Assembly (NCBI GenBank): GCA_028534125.1
Contig: CM052842.1
Location: forward strand, 1,612,001-1,676,000
DNA: 64,000 nucleotides
Source of the DNA: Lama glama
Taxonomy: Eukaryota
Direction: 5' to 3'
Program-made: the position numbers and the translations under genes
Notes under the pieces: generated by a model
What the model was told of the DNA's origin: nothing
The model's database searches: none
The model's input: only the letters and a program-made list of their open reading frames with translations
In this document: positions 26,050 to 39,664 of the stretch, one piece after another
Numbering within the stretch: the first letter of the stretch is position 1
Layout: each line of letters begins with the position of its first letter

Positions 26050-27800
26050 GTCCACAAGGTGAGCGGGCCCTCGTTGCCGGCCTTGGCCCCGTAAAGGTGT
26101 GCGAACGTCTGTGTGTGGATGCGCGTTCTTGCGTTCTTGAGGGGGGTTGGACAGATACCTAGGGGTCTAATTGCTGCTTGTGCGTGCGTGTGAGTTAACT
26201 TCGTAAGATGCTGCCGACCTGTCATCCCCGGGCTGAGCCGGTCTCAGGCCCCACAGTAGGGCCCGCGAGGCCCCTCGGCGCCCCTGCCGCACTGCTGCCG
26301 TGGTCCCGCTGGTTTTGGCCGCTCAGCTGACGAGCTGAGGGACCGCCCCCTGTTTCAGCCGCCACCCGTGCCCAGACTCTTGTCCCGTGCTTCCTGTCCA
26401 CTTGTCCATCTTCCTTGGTGCTCAGTCCACGCCCGTCCCCTGTTGGGCTGCTGGCCTGTCCTGTCACATGAGCTCGGTCTTGGTTCTGGATATAAGGGAC
26501 CCGTCAGACCCCCGCGAGTCTCTCGGGCTCTGGCGGCTTGTGTTCCTTCACTGTCTTCCTGAAGGTCAGAGCAGGGCGTTTTGACGCCCGCGCGTCCTTG
26601 TCCAGCCTGTGCCCTCCATACCCGACCTAGTAAACCTCTGCCCCGGGGCTGCAAGGTCCCAGAGCTGTGGGTTGTGTGTATTTTAAAATAGTTTTATAGT
26701 TTCAAGTCCATGGCCCACGCTGGGTGCATTTTTGAGCTTGGCGGATTTGGGGTCACGGTTCGGTGGACGGCAGCTGTTCACACCGGCGGTTGCGTGCCGA
26801 GTGGCCTGGGCACTTCTGGCCACGCGCGTCTGCCCGTCTGTGTCCTGCTTACGCGGCACGCGCTGTGCGGGGCGGCAGCTGTGGGGTGAGTCTTGGAGTG
26901 AGCGTGGAAGCACTTCCTCCTCCTGTTTTCTGCGAGGGTCTGTGTGGAATCGGCACTGTCCTTCCCTTACGGACGTGGCGGCGTCACCAAGGCAGCCGCC
27001 CGAGCCGGCGTTCTCTCTGGGGAGGCCCGTCGCCCAGTCTCTGTTCTGAGCCGCCCGCGCTGCCCGTTCTTCTCCAGTGAGCTTTGCTGCTGTTTGGTGT
27101 CTTCAGGGAACTTGCATGTTTCATCAGAGTCATCAGAGTGACTGGCACGAAGTGTCGCTAACGTCCGAACGCCTGTGGGGTCCGTAGCGAGAGCGCCTCT
27201 CTCCTTCCTGATGTTGCCAGTTTGTGCTTTCTGTTTGGTTCTCCGCTGGTCTGGCTGCTAGTCTGTCGGTTCTGTTGATTGTTTCAAAGGACCAGGTCCT
27301 GGTTTCATTCGTGCTCTGCTTCCCCTGCCGAGTCAGTTGCGCTCTGCTGGCCGCTGCGCCCCTTCCTCCGGCCTGTTTGGGGCCGTCTGTGTCGGTCGCC
27401 GACCTGAGACCCTCTCGTCCCTGGGCGCAGCCACGGCAGCTTTCCCGCGGCGCGCTGCTCTGCCCACACGCGTCCGTGCGCTGCGGTTTCACTCAGTTCA
27501 GTGCTCTCTAAGTTCCTCCGTGATCTTGCTGTCTCACTGGTGGCTGTTCGGAGGCGTGTGGCTGCCTTCCGAGCACTTCTCTGTCCCCAGGCGCCTTCCT
27601 GCTGCTGGTCTCCGGTTTAATCCTCTCGTGCCCAGAGGGTGTGTCTTGCTTGACTTTCAGCTTTTATGAGCTTGAGACCTGCTCTGTGGCCGGAGGCGGG
27701 GCGTCCTCTGGGCTCCTGGTGCGCTTGGCACGAACGTGTGCTCGGCTCCTGTCGGGTGGCGTGTCCTGCACATGTCGCCCTGGCCCGGTTGATGGCCGCG
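26050..27800 (-). mobile_element. Strongly GC-shifted degenerate L1 (ORF2 and 3' region)
   Basis: ORF 27133..27492(-) contains NETRTWSFETINRTDRLAARP, which matches L1 ORF2 NETKSWFFEKINKIDKPLARL. Confidence 0.75.
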
Positions 27801-28069
27801 CTGACTGACAGCTGGTCTCCGCCTGCCAGGTGTCCGTGGCCCCATCCTGGCAGGGTGCTGTGCCCCTGCGTCTCCCCGAGACCCTCCCCAGGCTCAGGAG
27901 TGAAGCTTCTCCTGCGTGCACCTGCATCTCTCTCTGAACACCAGGGTGGCATCTCTGGGCCAGGGGGCCGAGGACCGCCTTCTGTGGGACAGCAGGCCTC
28001 TCCGTCGTGGCTGTGCCATCATAAGCGTCCCCTCCTTGCTAGGGCTTGGTGGTGCCCGCGCCGTGTTCA

Positions 28070-28400
28070 ATGTGTTTATTTAATGGAGATAAAATTCACC
28101 ATTTTAACCGCTCTGAAGTGTTTGGCTCAGTGGGTTTTAGTATATTCACGTTGTGCAACCATCACCACTGTCTAATTCCAGAACATTCCATCACCCCAAA
28201 GGGAGACCCCACACCCGTTAGCAGTCAGCCCACCCCCACCCCCTGCCCTGGCCACCACGGGTCTGCTTTCTGTCCCATGGACCTGCCTCTGGGTGTGGAC
28301 ATTTCATGTAAGTGGAATCAGAGGCCTCGGTATCTGGCTTTTAACCAAGGAGCGTTTTCCAGACTCAGCCACGTGGTGGCATGTCCATGGTCCTTCCTCT
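28070..28400 (-). mobile_element. L1M (L1MB-like) 3' end fragment
   Basis: GGAGATAAAATTCACCATTTTAACC...CAGTGGGTTTTAGTATATTCACGTTGTGCAACCATCACCACTGTCTAATTCCAGAACATT. Confidence 0.8.
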
Positions 28401-28654
28401 CCCTGGACCATGCTTCCTCATCAGCTGGTGGACGTCGGGTGGTCCTGCCTGTGACTCTTGAACACGTGTGTTCAATCTTGTGCCCTGGCTGTGCCCGGCT
28501 GTGGGGAGCAGGGCGGGTGGCACCAGGCTTGGCCCAAGGACCCCCATCTTTGTGCCTTTCTCTCCTTCTCCAGCCGAGCGCCTTGGGGCAGGTGGTTCCT
28601 GTTCCATCTCTGAGGCTCCATCCGACCCTGGTGGGCAGAGCTGGGGGGGGGTGA

Positions 28655-28885
<231 letters not shown>

Positions 28886-29525
28886 TGAAATGGGGTGATG
28901 CTTGTGGCCTTCCCCGACTCGAGTGCCCTGCGGCCCAGGCCCAGGCGTCTCAGGACAGCGGGGGTGAGGGAGGTGGGCCAGGTTGGCATGAGCCTGCCGT
29001 CTCAGGCCGGGCAGTGTCCCCGGTGCTCTCCCCGCCCACGTCACCCGGCTCCAGCAGGCACCCTCTTCAGCTCGACTCCTCTCTCTCCCGTCACACCCCT
29101 GTGACCTGGACGGGCCCTGGGGGAGGAGCGGGTAAGAGCCTTCCTCAGGTTGGCAAGGCTGGCAGACTCACGGGTCCTTGAGGCTGGGGGTCGGGGTGGG
29201 AGCCACACCCCGTAAGGCCGGGGCTCATCCTCGGCTCCTGCAGGACACGGGGACACAGAGTGGGCAGGGGTTGGTGATGCCCTGAACCCTGAGCTCTCCT
29301 AGGTCAGTAAAAGCGATGACTGGGGGAAGAGAGACGCCCCCTCCCCAGACCCAGGGTGAAGCCTGCTGGAGGCGGCTCCCGAGAGTCCTTGGATCCGATA
29401 TGGTCCTGGGTGCTTTTCCCAGGACTGCTGGGGAGACAGGCCCTGGCCGGGGCCTCTGCTGGGGGTGGGGGGTTGCCTGGCGGAGCCCCGTCTGCTCCTC
29501 ACTCCTGTCCCCCTTCTCTTGGCAG

Positions 29526-29595
29526 TGACCTCTTTGGAGCAGAGCCTCCGGTCCCTGGGGATGCCGAGTGACACGCAAGAGCTGCGGGACAGCCT
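29526..29595 (+). CDS. TSNARE1: TSNARE1 coding exon 5 (VTSLEQSLRSLGMPSDTQELRDSL)
   Basis: Acceptor ctcttggcag|TG and donor GCCT|gtgagt. 70 nt, phase 1-2. Carries the LGxxxDxxELR motif of the STX7/12 Habc. Not represented in the ORF track in this frame. Confidence 0.92.
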
Positions 29596-32500
29596 GTGAG
29601 TATGTATGCAGTGCCATGTGTGTGTGGGGTGTGCCCTGCCCCCAGTTGCGCATGGGTGAGGCCCTCCACAGGGCACACAGGTGTGCGCGGAGGTGCACCT
29701 GTAACACTCCTGTAGACACCTGCATGCAGTGCACTCAGGTGGCAGGACATGCAACTGCTTGCACACTTTCTGCCCCACTGACTGTCCCCAAATGTGCCTG
29801 CCACACACCAGAGCTCACAGAGGGCCTGCGCACTTGCAGTGCACCTCTGGGACACCGCACAATACAGGTGTGCCGTCTGCACGGCCGGTGTGCAGCGGTG
29901 GACGTGCAGGCTGGGCAGGAGCAGGCCTTTGGGCTTTTGATTCTGCCCCGTGGGGTCCCACTGGGTCTTGTGTCAGGGTTGTCCCGAGGCCTGCTGGGGG
30001 TCGGGCTGGGTAAGGCAGCTGGTCTGCGGTGAGGTCAGCTCCTGACAGAAAGGCCCCTCAGGTGCTGGGTCCCCAGGAGGAGAAAGCAGGTGCTGCAGGA
30101 GCCTAGCCTGTCTGGCGTGGGGCAGGAGCTCTGTGTTCAGGCCAAGGCTGCCAGGCCTTTCTCAGGGTGCCCCAGTGAACCCCAGCCCTTCCAGCTGCGA
30201 TCCCAGCACAGTGTGGAGTGGAGGGCACCAAGAGGGAGCCCGAGGCCTGCATCTGAGAGCCCCTGTCCCCTTTGCCACCTCCCTGAGGGGGCCCTCTCAT
30301 CCTGAGCCATTATGCCTGGAAAGGGGGTAGTGTGGGTGGTGGACCGCACATGCTCTGGGGGTGGCGCAGGCTGCTGCCAAGGTCCCTATCTCTTCCTGGC
30401 ATAAATGTTCATTGGAGAGTTTGGGGCTCCTCTCCCAGGCGGCCCCCATCCTTAGACCCAGAGGAAACCCTGGGGGCAACTGGGTTCCCTGGGACGCCAG
30501 GGTACTGGGCAGAATTGAGCCCAGTGTCCCGCATGGAGCCACCCCAAGTGCTGTGCCTGGACCCTAGGACTTTCCCAGTCCCCTGTCGGGGCTTCCCAGC
30601 CTGGCCGCCCCCTCTCCTACCCCCGTCCTTGGTAAACTGCAGTGCTTCTGGGATGGGGACAGCCCACAGCGTGCAGTAGGTGGTAGGGGCGCCTAGTGGG
30701 TCCCTAACCCCCAGCTTTGCTCTGGGCAAGTGGAGCAGTTGGCGGCCCCCAGGAGAGAAGCTGTCCTGCGGTAACAAGTCTGATGGCGAGCCCCAGGGCC
30801 CGAATCCCTGGGGGTCCAGTGCTTGCCAATGTCAGGCCAGCACCTTGTCTCTCGTCAGACCTCAGTAAGTGCCAGGCCATCAGCAGCCGTGCCTCCCAGC
30901 CCTTGTCAACGCAGCACCTGGCCGGCCTCCCCGACAGGGAGCCTTATGGTTTGGAAACCCAGGCCAGGCACCCGGCTGCACCTCTGAGGTCTGGGCCATT
31001 CACTTTTGAGCTTAACGTTTTCTACTCTGATGATTCTTGATGCTTTGGAATTAGAGATTGTGACAGAATCATGCCCAGAACAGAATGGGGCTCCTCGTCG
31101 GGCCTCCACCCTGCCCTCAGCCCCTGGCGTCCTGCCTGCAACCTGGGAAGGAGGGCAGGTAATGTGATTCCAGCTTTATTGATGGAGACCCTGAGGCTCC
31201 GAGAGAGGTTGCTGTGTGGCTGAAGCTGCACCTTTGAAATGACAGTCCAGCCAAAACCCACCCACCCACCTGTCCATCCACCCGCCCACCTGTGTTTCCT
31301 TCTGTCCATCCCAGGCAGGCTGGGACCACCCCTGCGAAGTCTCAGGGTCCAGTGCTCGAGGCAACAGCGGGCCCTGGGCAGATTTTATGTGCAACTCTAT
31401 TTTTAATTAGCCTTTATGTTTCTTTTTAAAAGTAACGTGTATTGTTTTCTGATTGTGAAAGTAACATACGCTGTTGTAGGAAGTTGGGCACACAGGATGT
31501 CTGAGGCAGCGCCGTGAACGTTTCGGTGTTTCCTGCCAGCCTCTTCTCAGACCCACGGGCGTTCTGCAGAATTGGATTGAAGTGAATCATGTTCTGGATC
31601 CCGCTTTTTACACTTAGGATTGGGGGTGTATGTGCCCCCCTCACACGTGGAAAACATGCCCTTCAGAGGTGCGGACACGCTGCTGAGCCTGTGAGATCAT
31701 TGAGCGGAGACGCTGGCCGCTCTCCAGCGGGCCCCGTCTTCAGCCTTAGGAGCAGCTCCCGGGCTGTGCGGTCGATCTCTGTGGTGCCGCCTGTGTCTGG
31801 GGGGAGCCTCTGTTGTGGCGTCCCCAGGGCCAATCGGTGGGCTGCCTCGCCCGGTGGCCCTGGTGGCTGGAGGATGACGTCCCCTGCGCGGGTCTGGAGA
31901 GGATGGCTGGCTCTGGACCCTCCTGTCCGTCCGACACAGAGCCTCCCCCAACCCCCGCAGGGCCCCCCAACCCTCTTACCCTTCCTCGCTGCCGGGTGGC
32001 TGCTGCCCAGGCTGCCTAGCCTGCTTGCCTGGCCTTCTGGAGCCTTCCACGACCCCATGCCCTGGGGGAATTTGCACGTCATGGACCTTCAGCATTTTAA
32101 AATAACTTGAGACCACCGTAAGGTCACCAAGTTTGTGTTTTCTCCACGTTGATAGTTCCCAGTTCCTTTTTTATTTTGTCAAGTAAAGACATAAAAAAAA
32201 GTACACTGCCATCCATCATTACTATCATTTTATTAAAAAAAGACATCTCAGTACCCCTGCGGTGGGCGGGATCCAGTCTCCAGAGAAGACAGCCCTTCAA
32301 ATGGAATGAATTTAGCTTCCTAAGAACCTGGGAAGGCGCAGCCTGCTTTGCTCATCTTGCGTGAGATAGGTGTGGGCTTTGCATTTCTCTCAGCCCCCGA
32401 GAGTGGACCCTGTCCCGGCCCTCTCAGCACACGCTCCCAGACTGGCTGAGGTGGCCCAGTCCATGGAGGTGACACTTAGCGGCAGCAGGACCGTGCTTGT

Positions 32501-33924
32501 CGGCATCAGCCTGGGGCACTGCTGGAGCTCCTTGGGATGGTAGCTGAAGGAGTGGATGGTCATTCAGGAGCCCCGGGCAGGACGTCTGCCTGTGGGTGGG
32601 GGCTCTGTCACCAGGCTCCGGGGAGCCCAACTCTGAATCCATAGGGCCAGGGCCCAGCGTGGGTCAGTGATGATGGTGTAGCCTGATGCTGGGCCTGAAC
32701 CGTGGCTGAGCCCACACCCAGCTCTCGTAGCCTGTGTCCATGGCAGGGGGGGAGTCTCTTTCCAGGACAAAGCGGGGACCCTTGCACTGGGCCTGCAGGC
32801 CCTGATGTTCTGTCGTCCCAGCTCCTCTGAGCAAGTGTGTGGGCTCGCGTGCAAGGCTGGGTCCCTGGCCCATGCTGCTGGCCCCTCACAACATGCTGGG
32901 GTCACCAGTGATGGTTGGACTCAAGGGGAGCTGGCGGTGTGGAGGGAGGCACAGGGGAAGGCAGACACCATGCAGGGAGCTGGACTGCAGCTTCCATCCA
33001 GGCTGAGGTCTGTGCTGGCCCAGGTCTCAGTGGACCCTGCCTCCAGCGGGACCCTACACTGGTAGGGACCACTCCGATGGCCTCCTCTCCCGGGTGGGAC
33101 CTACGTGGCTGTGGAAGTAGCATCAGAGCTGCGTGGTGCTCCCTGGCAGACCAAAGGGCAAATACCCAAGCAGGGGTGGGGGGGCGGGCTCACGAGTTCC
33201 GTCTGGACATCGTCTACTGTGTTCCCCCCACCACGCGTGTCCTCAGACACTGTCTCCCACTACCCCCAACCATGCATGTCCTCAGCTTGGCCCTCTCCCC
33301 ACCTCAGCCCCTGCGAGGCCTTTCCTTCCTCTCTGCCTCCATTCTTGTCTTTTCCTGTGTGGCTGTGTCTCACCTCATTGCCTGTCCGCTCTCAGCTGGG
33401 GCTGAAGCACCAGGAGGCGTCCTCCCTCACACGTGATTGCGGGTGGGTGACACTGATCTCAGTGGGGGTCACTCGGGTAGCTTGGGCTCTCGGGGCGTGG
33501 GCCTCTTGGGAGCTGGACTTCTGTGTCGGCTCAGGGCTCTCGGGTGAATGTTCTGACAAAGAAGTCACGAACCACATGACATTGCCTCTTATGACCAGCT
33601 CAGAAGTCACGTAGCCACACCTCTGCCGACCCCTGTGGCTAAGGCGGTCCTGAGCGTGACCAGATGCAAGGGACCTTGACCCACCATGCATGTGGTGGGA
33701 GAAATGTGGCAGAATTTTTTGGCCAGTTTTTTCAAGCTGCCACAGTCCTGAAGCAGCAGTAGACGTGGCATCTTTGAGGAGCCAGAAGTGGGCGGCTACG
33801 GCCAAGTCTGTTGGTCAGGTGGGCCTGGGCCAGACCACACCAGCCCTTGGAGGCCTGGTAGATTGTTTGGGCTTCATTCCCCAGCAGTAGGAAGCCAGTG
33901 GAAGGCTCTGGAAGGGTGTGGCAC

Positions 33925-34150
33925 AATGAGGGGACTGGAGACCAGGGATTCTGGGGACGGAGCCCTATTCATGCACTCCTCGCCGTGGCCGGGCTCTGAG
34001 GCCGGCTGAACAGGGAGGGCTCTCAGCAGACCTTGACCCGCTGGCGCACTGATCTTGGACATCCAGCCTCCAGACAGTGAGAAACCGCGCCCCCTGCTCC
34101 TGGGCCCCGGTGTGCGGTGCAGTGCCAGAGTGGCCGGCGCGGACGAAGCC
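33925..34150 (+). mobile_element. MLT1 (ERVL-MaLR) LTR fragment
   Basis: CTCAGCAGACCTTGACCCGCTGGCGCACTGATCTTGGACATCCAGCCTCCAGACAGTGAGAAA resembles the MLT1 3' motif as recalled. Confidence 0.7.
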
Positions 34151-34169
34151 AGCCCTGCTCATCAGCTCA

Positions 34170-36730
34170 CGGAGGTTTGGTGGTTTCTCTTTGGCGACTG
34201 TGTGTACTGATGCTCTGAGCGTCTGTGTGGACCCTTGTTGTCCCTTCTCTTGGGTGGGTCCCTAGGAGTGGCCTTGCTGGTCAGATGGTGACTCTGTTGA
34301 ACATTTTGAGTAGCCGCCAGACTGTTTCCCAGGGGCTGCACCTGTACCCCCCCAGCAGAGCGTGAGGGCTACGATTTCCCCACTCCTCCCGACCCTCGTC
34401 AGCTGCCTGTGACCCCAGCCGTCCTCCCACGGGCGCAGTGGCGTCTCAGGGTGGATTGGACCTGCACATCCCGATGCCCGGTCGTGTGGAGAGTTACTGA
34501 CGTTGGTATGTTTTCTGTGAGGACTGTTTGGTTCTCCGCCCGTGTTTGAATGAGGTTACTTGTCTTTTTATTGTTGATTTGCTTCCTCCTTCCGGAAGCT
34601 TCTTCCAGGCTCTGCTGCTCGCCCTCTCCTGGGCTTCTGCCCTCCCTGGTTTGGGCCACCTGTCGGCCTCCTTCGCCAGCTCCTCCTTCCAGTGTCTTCA
34701 TCTGCTTCCTCCATGCTGGGGGATCAGGCGTCAGCGGAGCCCTCCCGGGGCCCGTTGTCCACTGCAGAGACTTGAGGGGTGGCCTTGGCGCCCCACACCT
34801 TCACCTAGCCCGGCTGGTGCTGCTGAAACGTGTCTCCCTTCCCCAGCTCCTGGCCACTCCACCTCTTCTCTGGACCACATCTGGCCACGCTCCAGGTCCC
34901 CACCTGTTCCTCCTCAGTGCAGCCTGGCTGGGCCTCCCCACTGCTGGTCCCCCTCGCCTTCCAGGTCAGGGTCAGCTCCTGTGCCCGAGCCTCCAGCTGG
35001 GCCTCCACGGCCGCCTCTGTCCGTCACCTGCCCTGGTGACCGTTTGTGTGCGACGCTGCCCCTTGCCCAGCCTGCTGACCCCAGGCACCCTCCAGCCTCA
35101 GCCGGGCAGCCCCTCCTCCTGCAGACTTGCCAGGCTGGGGGCGCCAGGGCTTGGGGACTGCCTACGTGTCCGGCACAGAGGGTGGTATGAGGTGGGAGTG
35201 CAGCCTGATGTTCCTTAAACATGGTTACCTAGTTGCTGCAACTCCATTTGTTGAAAAGACTGTCCTTTGAATGCCTTGAACACCTCAGCACCTTCTTCAG
35301 TGATTACTTGAACGTCTACATACAGGGGCACCTCGGGGTTATTCTGTGTCACTGCTCTCTGTTCTCAGGACGGTGCCGTGTTGTCTTAATTACAGTTTCG
35401 TGCGGAGCCTTGAAATCCGTTGTGTCTGACCACCAGCTCTGTTCGCCTTTGTTTGAAATTGTTAGGGATGCTCCTGGGCAGTTGTGTTTCAGTATCAGTT
35501 TTAGAATCTGCTTGTCAATTTCTGCTTTTTAAAAGCCTTTGATAATTTTGTAATTTTGAATCTGTAGTTTAAAAATTTGTAATTTTATAGTCTTAAGCCT
35601 TTTACAGGTTTGTTTGGGGTTACCTTGACTCTGCAAATCAATCTGAGGACGGATGTCCGAAGGAGCCTGGGCCTTCCTAGCTGGGAAGTGGCCGGCCCTT
35701 CTCTCGTTTCTGTTCTTATTTCTTTGAGCAGTTCCTTGCGGGTTTCTGTGCACTGGCCTTCAGTGGGTTTTGTTAAACTTACGGCCGTGTTTTCTTGCTG
35801 TTTGTTCTGGGGTAAGAGGTGTCATTGTTTGAGTTTCATTTTCCTGTGTAGATGCCTGTGCGTGTAGATGACGGGTCCTGCTGGTTGCCACGCCCTGTGC
35901 CCTCGTTAGATTCCGGCTTCCCTAGGATTTTCCACGTCTGGGAAGCTGTCTTCCGTGGCAGAGGCAGTTTCATGTCTTTGTTCTCAGTGCCCATGCTGCT
36001 CACCTCTTTTCCACGGGACACTGTTGTAAGCGTGTCCTTTCACGGTCAGAACGTCATAACCCGTACAGCGCGGCGTGGAGGCAGGACGCTGGGCGCCCCG
36101 CAGGGCCCGGGCTGGGCGGGCCTCACAGGCTCTTCCCCTCCAGCTGATCGTCTCCCTTTTCTCTCCCAGTTTCTTAGCTTTTGCACGAGTGGGCGTTGAG
36201 TTTGGCCGGATGCTTTTTCTGCGTGGTTTTATTGAGGTGATTCCCCCTTTCCAATCTGTTCTGTTAACACGAGGATTGCAGTCGCTGGTGTTTGGATGTC
36301 AGACCAGCCTTGCCTTCCTCGGAGGAACGCCTCTTGGTCGCAGGATGTTACCCTGGTTGTGGGCGGTTGGACTTGCACCCCTAACGCCCTGTTAGGGGCC
36401 TTGCGCTGCGCTCCTGGGCGACCTGTGCTGCTCTTTTCTTTCAGGTTCTTCAGTTAGATTTTGGTGTCAGGGTGATGCTGGCTGTGAAATGGAAGTGTCC
36501 CTTCTTGTCTGTTTTCTGGAGGAGTTTGTGTGGTATCGATGTTACTGCTTCTTTAAATATTTGATAGTGAAGTCATCTGTATTTTGGGAACGTTTTTAAG
36601 AACAAATTTAATCCCGTCAATACATACAGAGCTATTTAGGTTTTCTGTTTCTTCTTGAGTCAGTTTTGATCATTCTTGTCTTTCAAGGAATTTCTCTGTT
36701 TCATCTTAGTTGTCAAATTTATTGACACGT
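34170..36730 (-). mobile_element. Degenerate antisense L1 fragments (interrupted about 34620-35170)
   Basis: GTTGCTGCAACTCCATTTGTTGAAAAGACTGTCCTTT, TCAGTTTTAGAATCTGCTTGTCAATTTCT and GTCTTTCAAGGAATTTCTCTGTTTCATCTTAGTTGTCAAATTT are typical antisense L1 text. Confidence 0.7.
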
Positions 36731-37505
36731 GATTCATAAGCTCTCAGGAGCTTCCCACGTTCAGCCCAGGCCAGCCCGGTGCCCACCCCCTCTGCTGCTG
36801 TGTGGGGGTCCTGCGGGGAGTAAAGAGGGGCATCTGAGCTGCAGCTGGAAGGCCAGGAGGTTCCCTGGTGTCTGCAGCCTGGAGCCAGGCCAGGGTCCTT
36901 CCCTGGCTTGGCCGTGTGAGCCCGCAGGAGGCCTGAGGGCAGGGTTGTCCCCCACCACTCTGTCCACAGGGGCGGCAGTCAACCTCACACCAGCAGGGTG
37001 CTGGGAGAGACCCCCAGCCTGGGTCTGGAGATGGGCGTCTCACCCGCAGCCCCAGAGGCCTGCCCAGCAGGCTAAGGTTTCCTCAGCGGTGGTCCCAGGG
37101 CCATCTCTGCGGCCACCCTGCTCCCTGGGCCTGACTGGTGCTGCCCCCTGGGGCCTCTGCGGGAGGGCTCAGGGCTGGGCCCCAGTGGTGCAGGTGCCAA
37201 TCCCATGGCTTGTGTGTGGGTCCGTGGGGTCCACAGGGTGAGGGGTGTGGTGACAGGGACTCGAGCTCACTGTGCACTTCCCTCCCTCCTGCCTCACCCG
37301 CCCACCCCTGCATCCTCTCCTGTCTCCCTCCCTGGGCCTGCCTGTGTGTCCTTACTCCCATCTGGCCCTCTTTCCTCTGCCTGCTTCTTCCTTCCTGCTG
37401 GCTTCCCTCTCCCGTGTCCTCTTCGCACACCCGTGCCCGCTCTGCTGCTCCCACCAACCCCGCCCCCCCACCTTCTCTCCCCTCCGCCCCGCACACTTGC
37501 CCCAG

Positions 37506-37596
37506 GCATGCGGCACAGCAGGAGACCAACCAAACCGTTGCAGCCAGCACCAGCGCCCTGAAGCAGATGGCCGAGCTCCTGCGGGGCTGCTCCCGG
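37506..37596 (+). CDS. TSNARE1: TSNARE1 coding exon 6 (HAAQQETNQTVAASTSALKQMAELLRGCSR)
   Basis: Acceptor ttgccccag|G and donor CGG|gtatgt. 91 nt, phase 2-0. Hb helix. Confidence 0.92.
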
Positions 37597-38239
37597 GTAT
37601 GTTCCCTGGGGACTGGGGCGGTGGCGGGGGTGGGGGGGCGCCAGGGGGCGGTGCAGCGTGGGGAAAGGATGGCCCACGTGGCTGCTTGGGGCAGAGGTTG
37701 CGTGTTCAGCCGTCCACTGGGCAGTGTCACAGGCCAGGCAGTGGTGTGGGTGCTGTGGGCTCCCAGCCCTCCTGGACAGGAGTGCCTCCGTCCGCCCGGC
37801 CTGAGACCCCTCCGCTGCTCCACATGCCCGCGATTTAACCATCATGGCCTGGGTGTGGGACCAGAGGCAGCTGCCTGGCCTGGCCTTTCACCCAGGGTCA
37901 CGCCGCACCGGGCAGTGTCTGCCGCGGTTCCGTGGCCTTGGCGTTCGGGGACCTTTTTGTCTGTGGCTTTGTGCTTTATTCTTGCACTTATGCCTGCCTG
38001 AGGCATCACGGAGGGCAGGGCGGAGGCACTAGATTTGAGCTCTGGTCTTTCTGGGTCCAGAGCTGTATGTCACCAGGGCAGGAAAGCAGAGCTGAGCCCC
38101 TTGGGAATTCAGAGGGATCCCTTTTATAAAAGCAGAATACATCCTTCCTTCTTTCAGTCCTCCCATCCACCAGCTCGCTGTTTGTTTGTCTGTCCGTCCA
38201 TCCATCCACTTACCTGCCTGTCCGCTGACTTACCCACCC

Positions 38240-38345
38240 ATCCATCATCTAAGAACCCAACAAACATTTACTGAACACCTGCTCTGCCAGATGCTGGGAG
38301 AGGGATACAGATGAGGTCCCCCATTACGGCTCTCATAGTCCCATG
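38240..38345 (-). mobile_element. L2 3' end fragment preceded by (CCAT)n-like low complexity
   Basis: CAACAAACATTTACTGAACACCTGCTCTGCCAGATGCTGGG matches the antisense L2 tail. Confidence 0.65.
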
Positions 38346-39664
38346 GGAGGACGTGCTGTCCGGGCGGACTGCCAAGGGGTCACTGCTCTCTCAGGGAGGT
38401 GAGGCTGTGCCATCACCTGGAGCTGAGGGTGGACCATGTGGGCTGGAGCTGGAGCTAGAGGGGTTCTGCCATAAAGCACTAAATAACTCCCTGGGCTCTT
38501 AGGTCTGTCCTGGGGCATACGTATGGTGCTAATTACAAGAGCCTCACCTGGACACTGAAGCAGACGCCACAGAGCTGCAGCCACACAGGGACTGGGAGGC
38601 CCAGGTGCTGCCCAGTGCGCCTGAGGGGCCTGTGTTGGAGAGCCGGTCTTGCTGAGACGCGGCCGGCCCACCGGTGCACCTGCAGCTCGCCCTCACCCAT
38701 GGGCTTGCACGGGGTGCACGGTGGCAGTGAGGGGTGGGTTTTGTGACTTGAAACGCAGGGTCTGGGAAGAGGCCCGGGCCCTCCCGGGAGCTGGCGGGAA
38801 GTGCTGGGGGCAGGAGGGGACTGGGAGCCCATGTCTGCGTCCTGGTCCAAGGACACTGGGACAGGCGTGGTCTGTCGGTGCCAGGCTGCGAGGTGAGAGA
38901 GGAGGGCTTAGGGCTCCTGATGGCCGGTGGTGCTCACACGCACCTGAGCGGGTGGTGCCAGGGTCCAGGGCCTGCTTGTCCATCCCCTGGTTTGACAGTA
39001 TGTCTTGAGTGCCGGCTCTGTGCAGGCATCATTCTGGACAGTGGGGTGCAGAGACCAACAGGGGACGAGGTCCCATTCCAGCGGGAGGACAGTGGTCACG
39101 GAGGGGAGCCAAGGGGCTGGTGCTGGCTTGATGGACGGCTTGGTGACTGCAGCTCTGATGCCGGGGACAAGATGCAGCCTCGTGTGTGGTTGGGCACATG
39201 TGCTCTGGGGCCAGCGGCCTGGCTCCACCACCTGTGTGGACTGGAACAGGCCTCTGAGAACTCGGGCCCAGGATCTCCTGAGCTGTCAGAGGGGCTCCGA
39301 ACTCACCTGAGTCGTACTGGAGACCACACAGGCATGCTGTGCCGGGGCGGCTGGCTCCGCGGTCAGTGCTGACTGCGTGTTGGGGCTGGGCGGGGCTGGC
39401 GTCGGACGATGCTGTCTGTGCTCACGGAGCCCTGCTGGTGTTTGAGGGGATGGAGCAGGTGCAGTAGACATGGACGGGCCCGGTTCTAATGTGGGGGTGA
39501 TGATGGCCGTGGGACTGGTGGTGGGTGGACCGGGGGCTGTGGGGCGGGCGCTGCCAGGAGTGGCAGGAGGGCGCAGGAGTGTAGGGACTGAAGTGCCCGA
39601 GGACAGAGGGGCTGCAGAGGCAGGACGAGGCCTCAGACCTGTGGAAGCCGTCCTCTCTCTGCAG

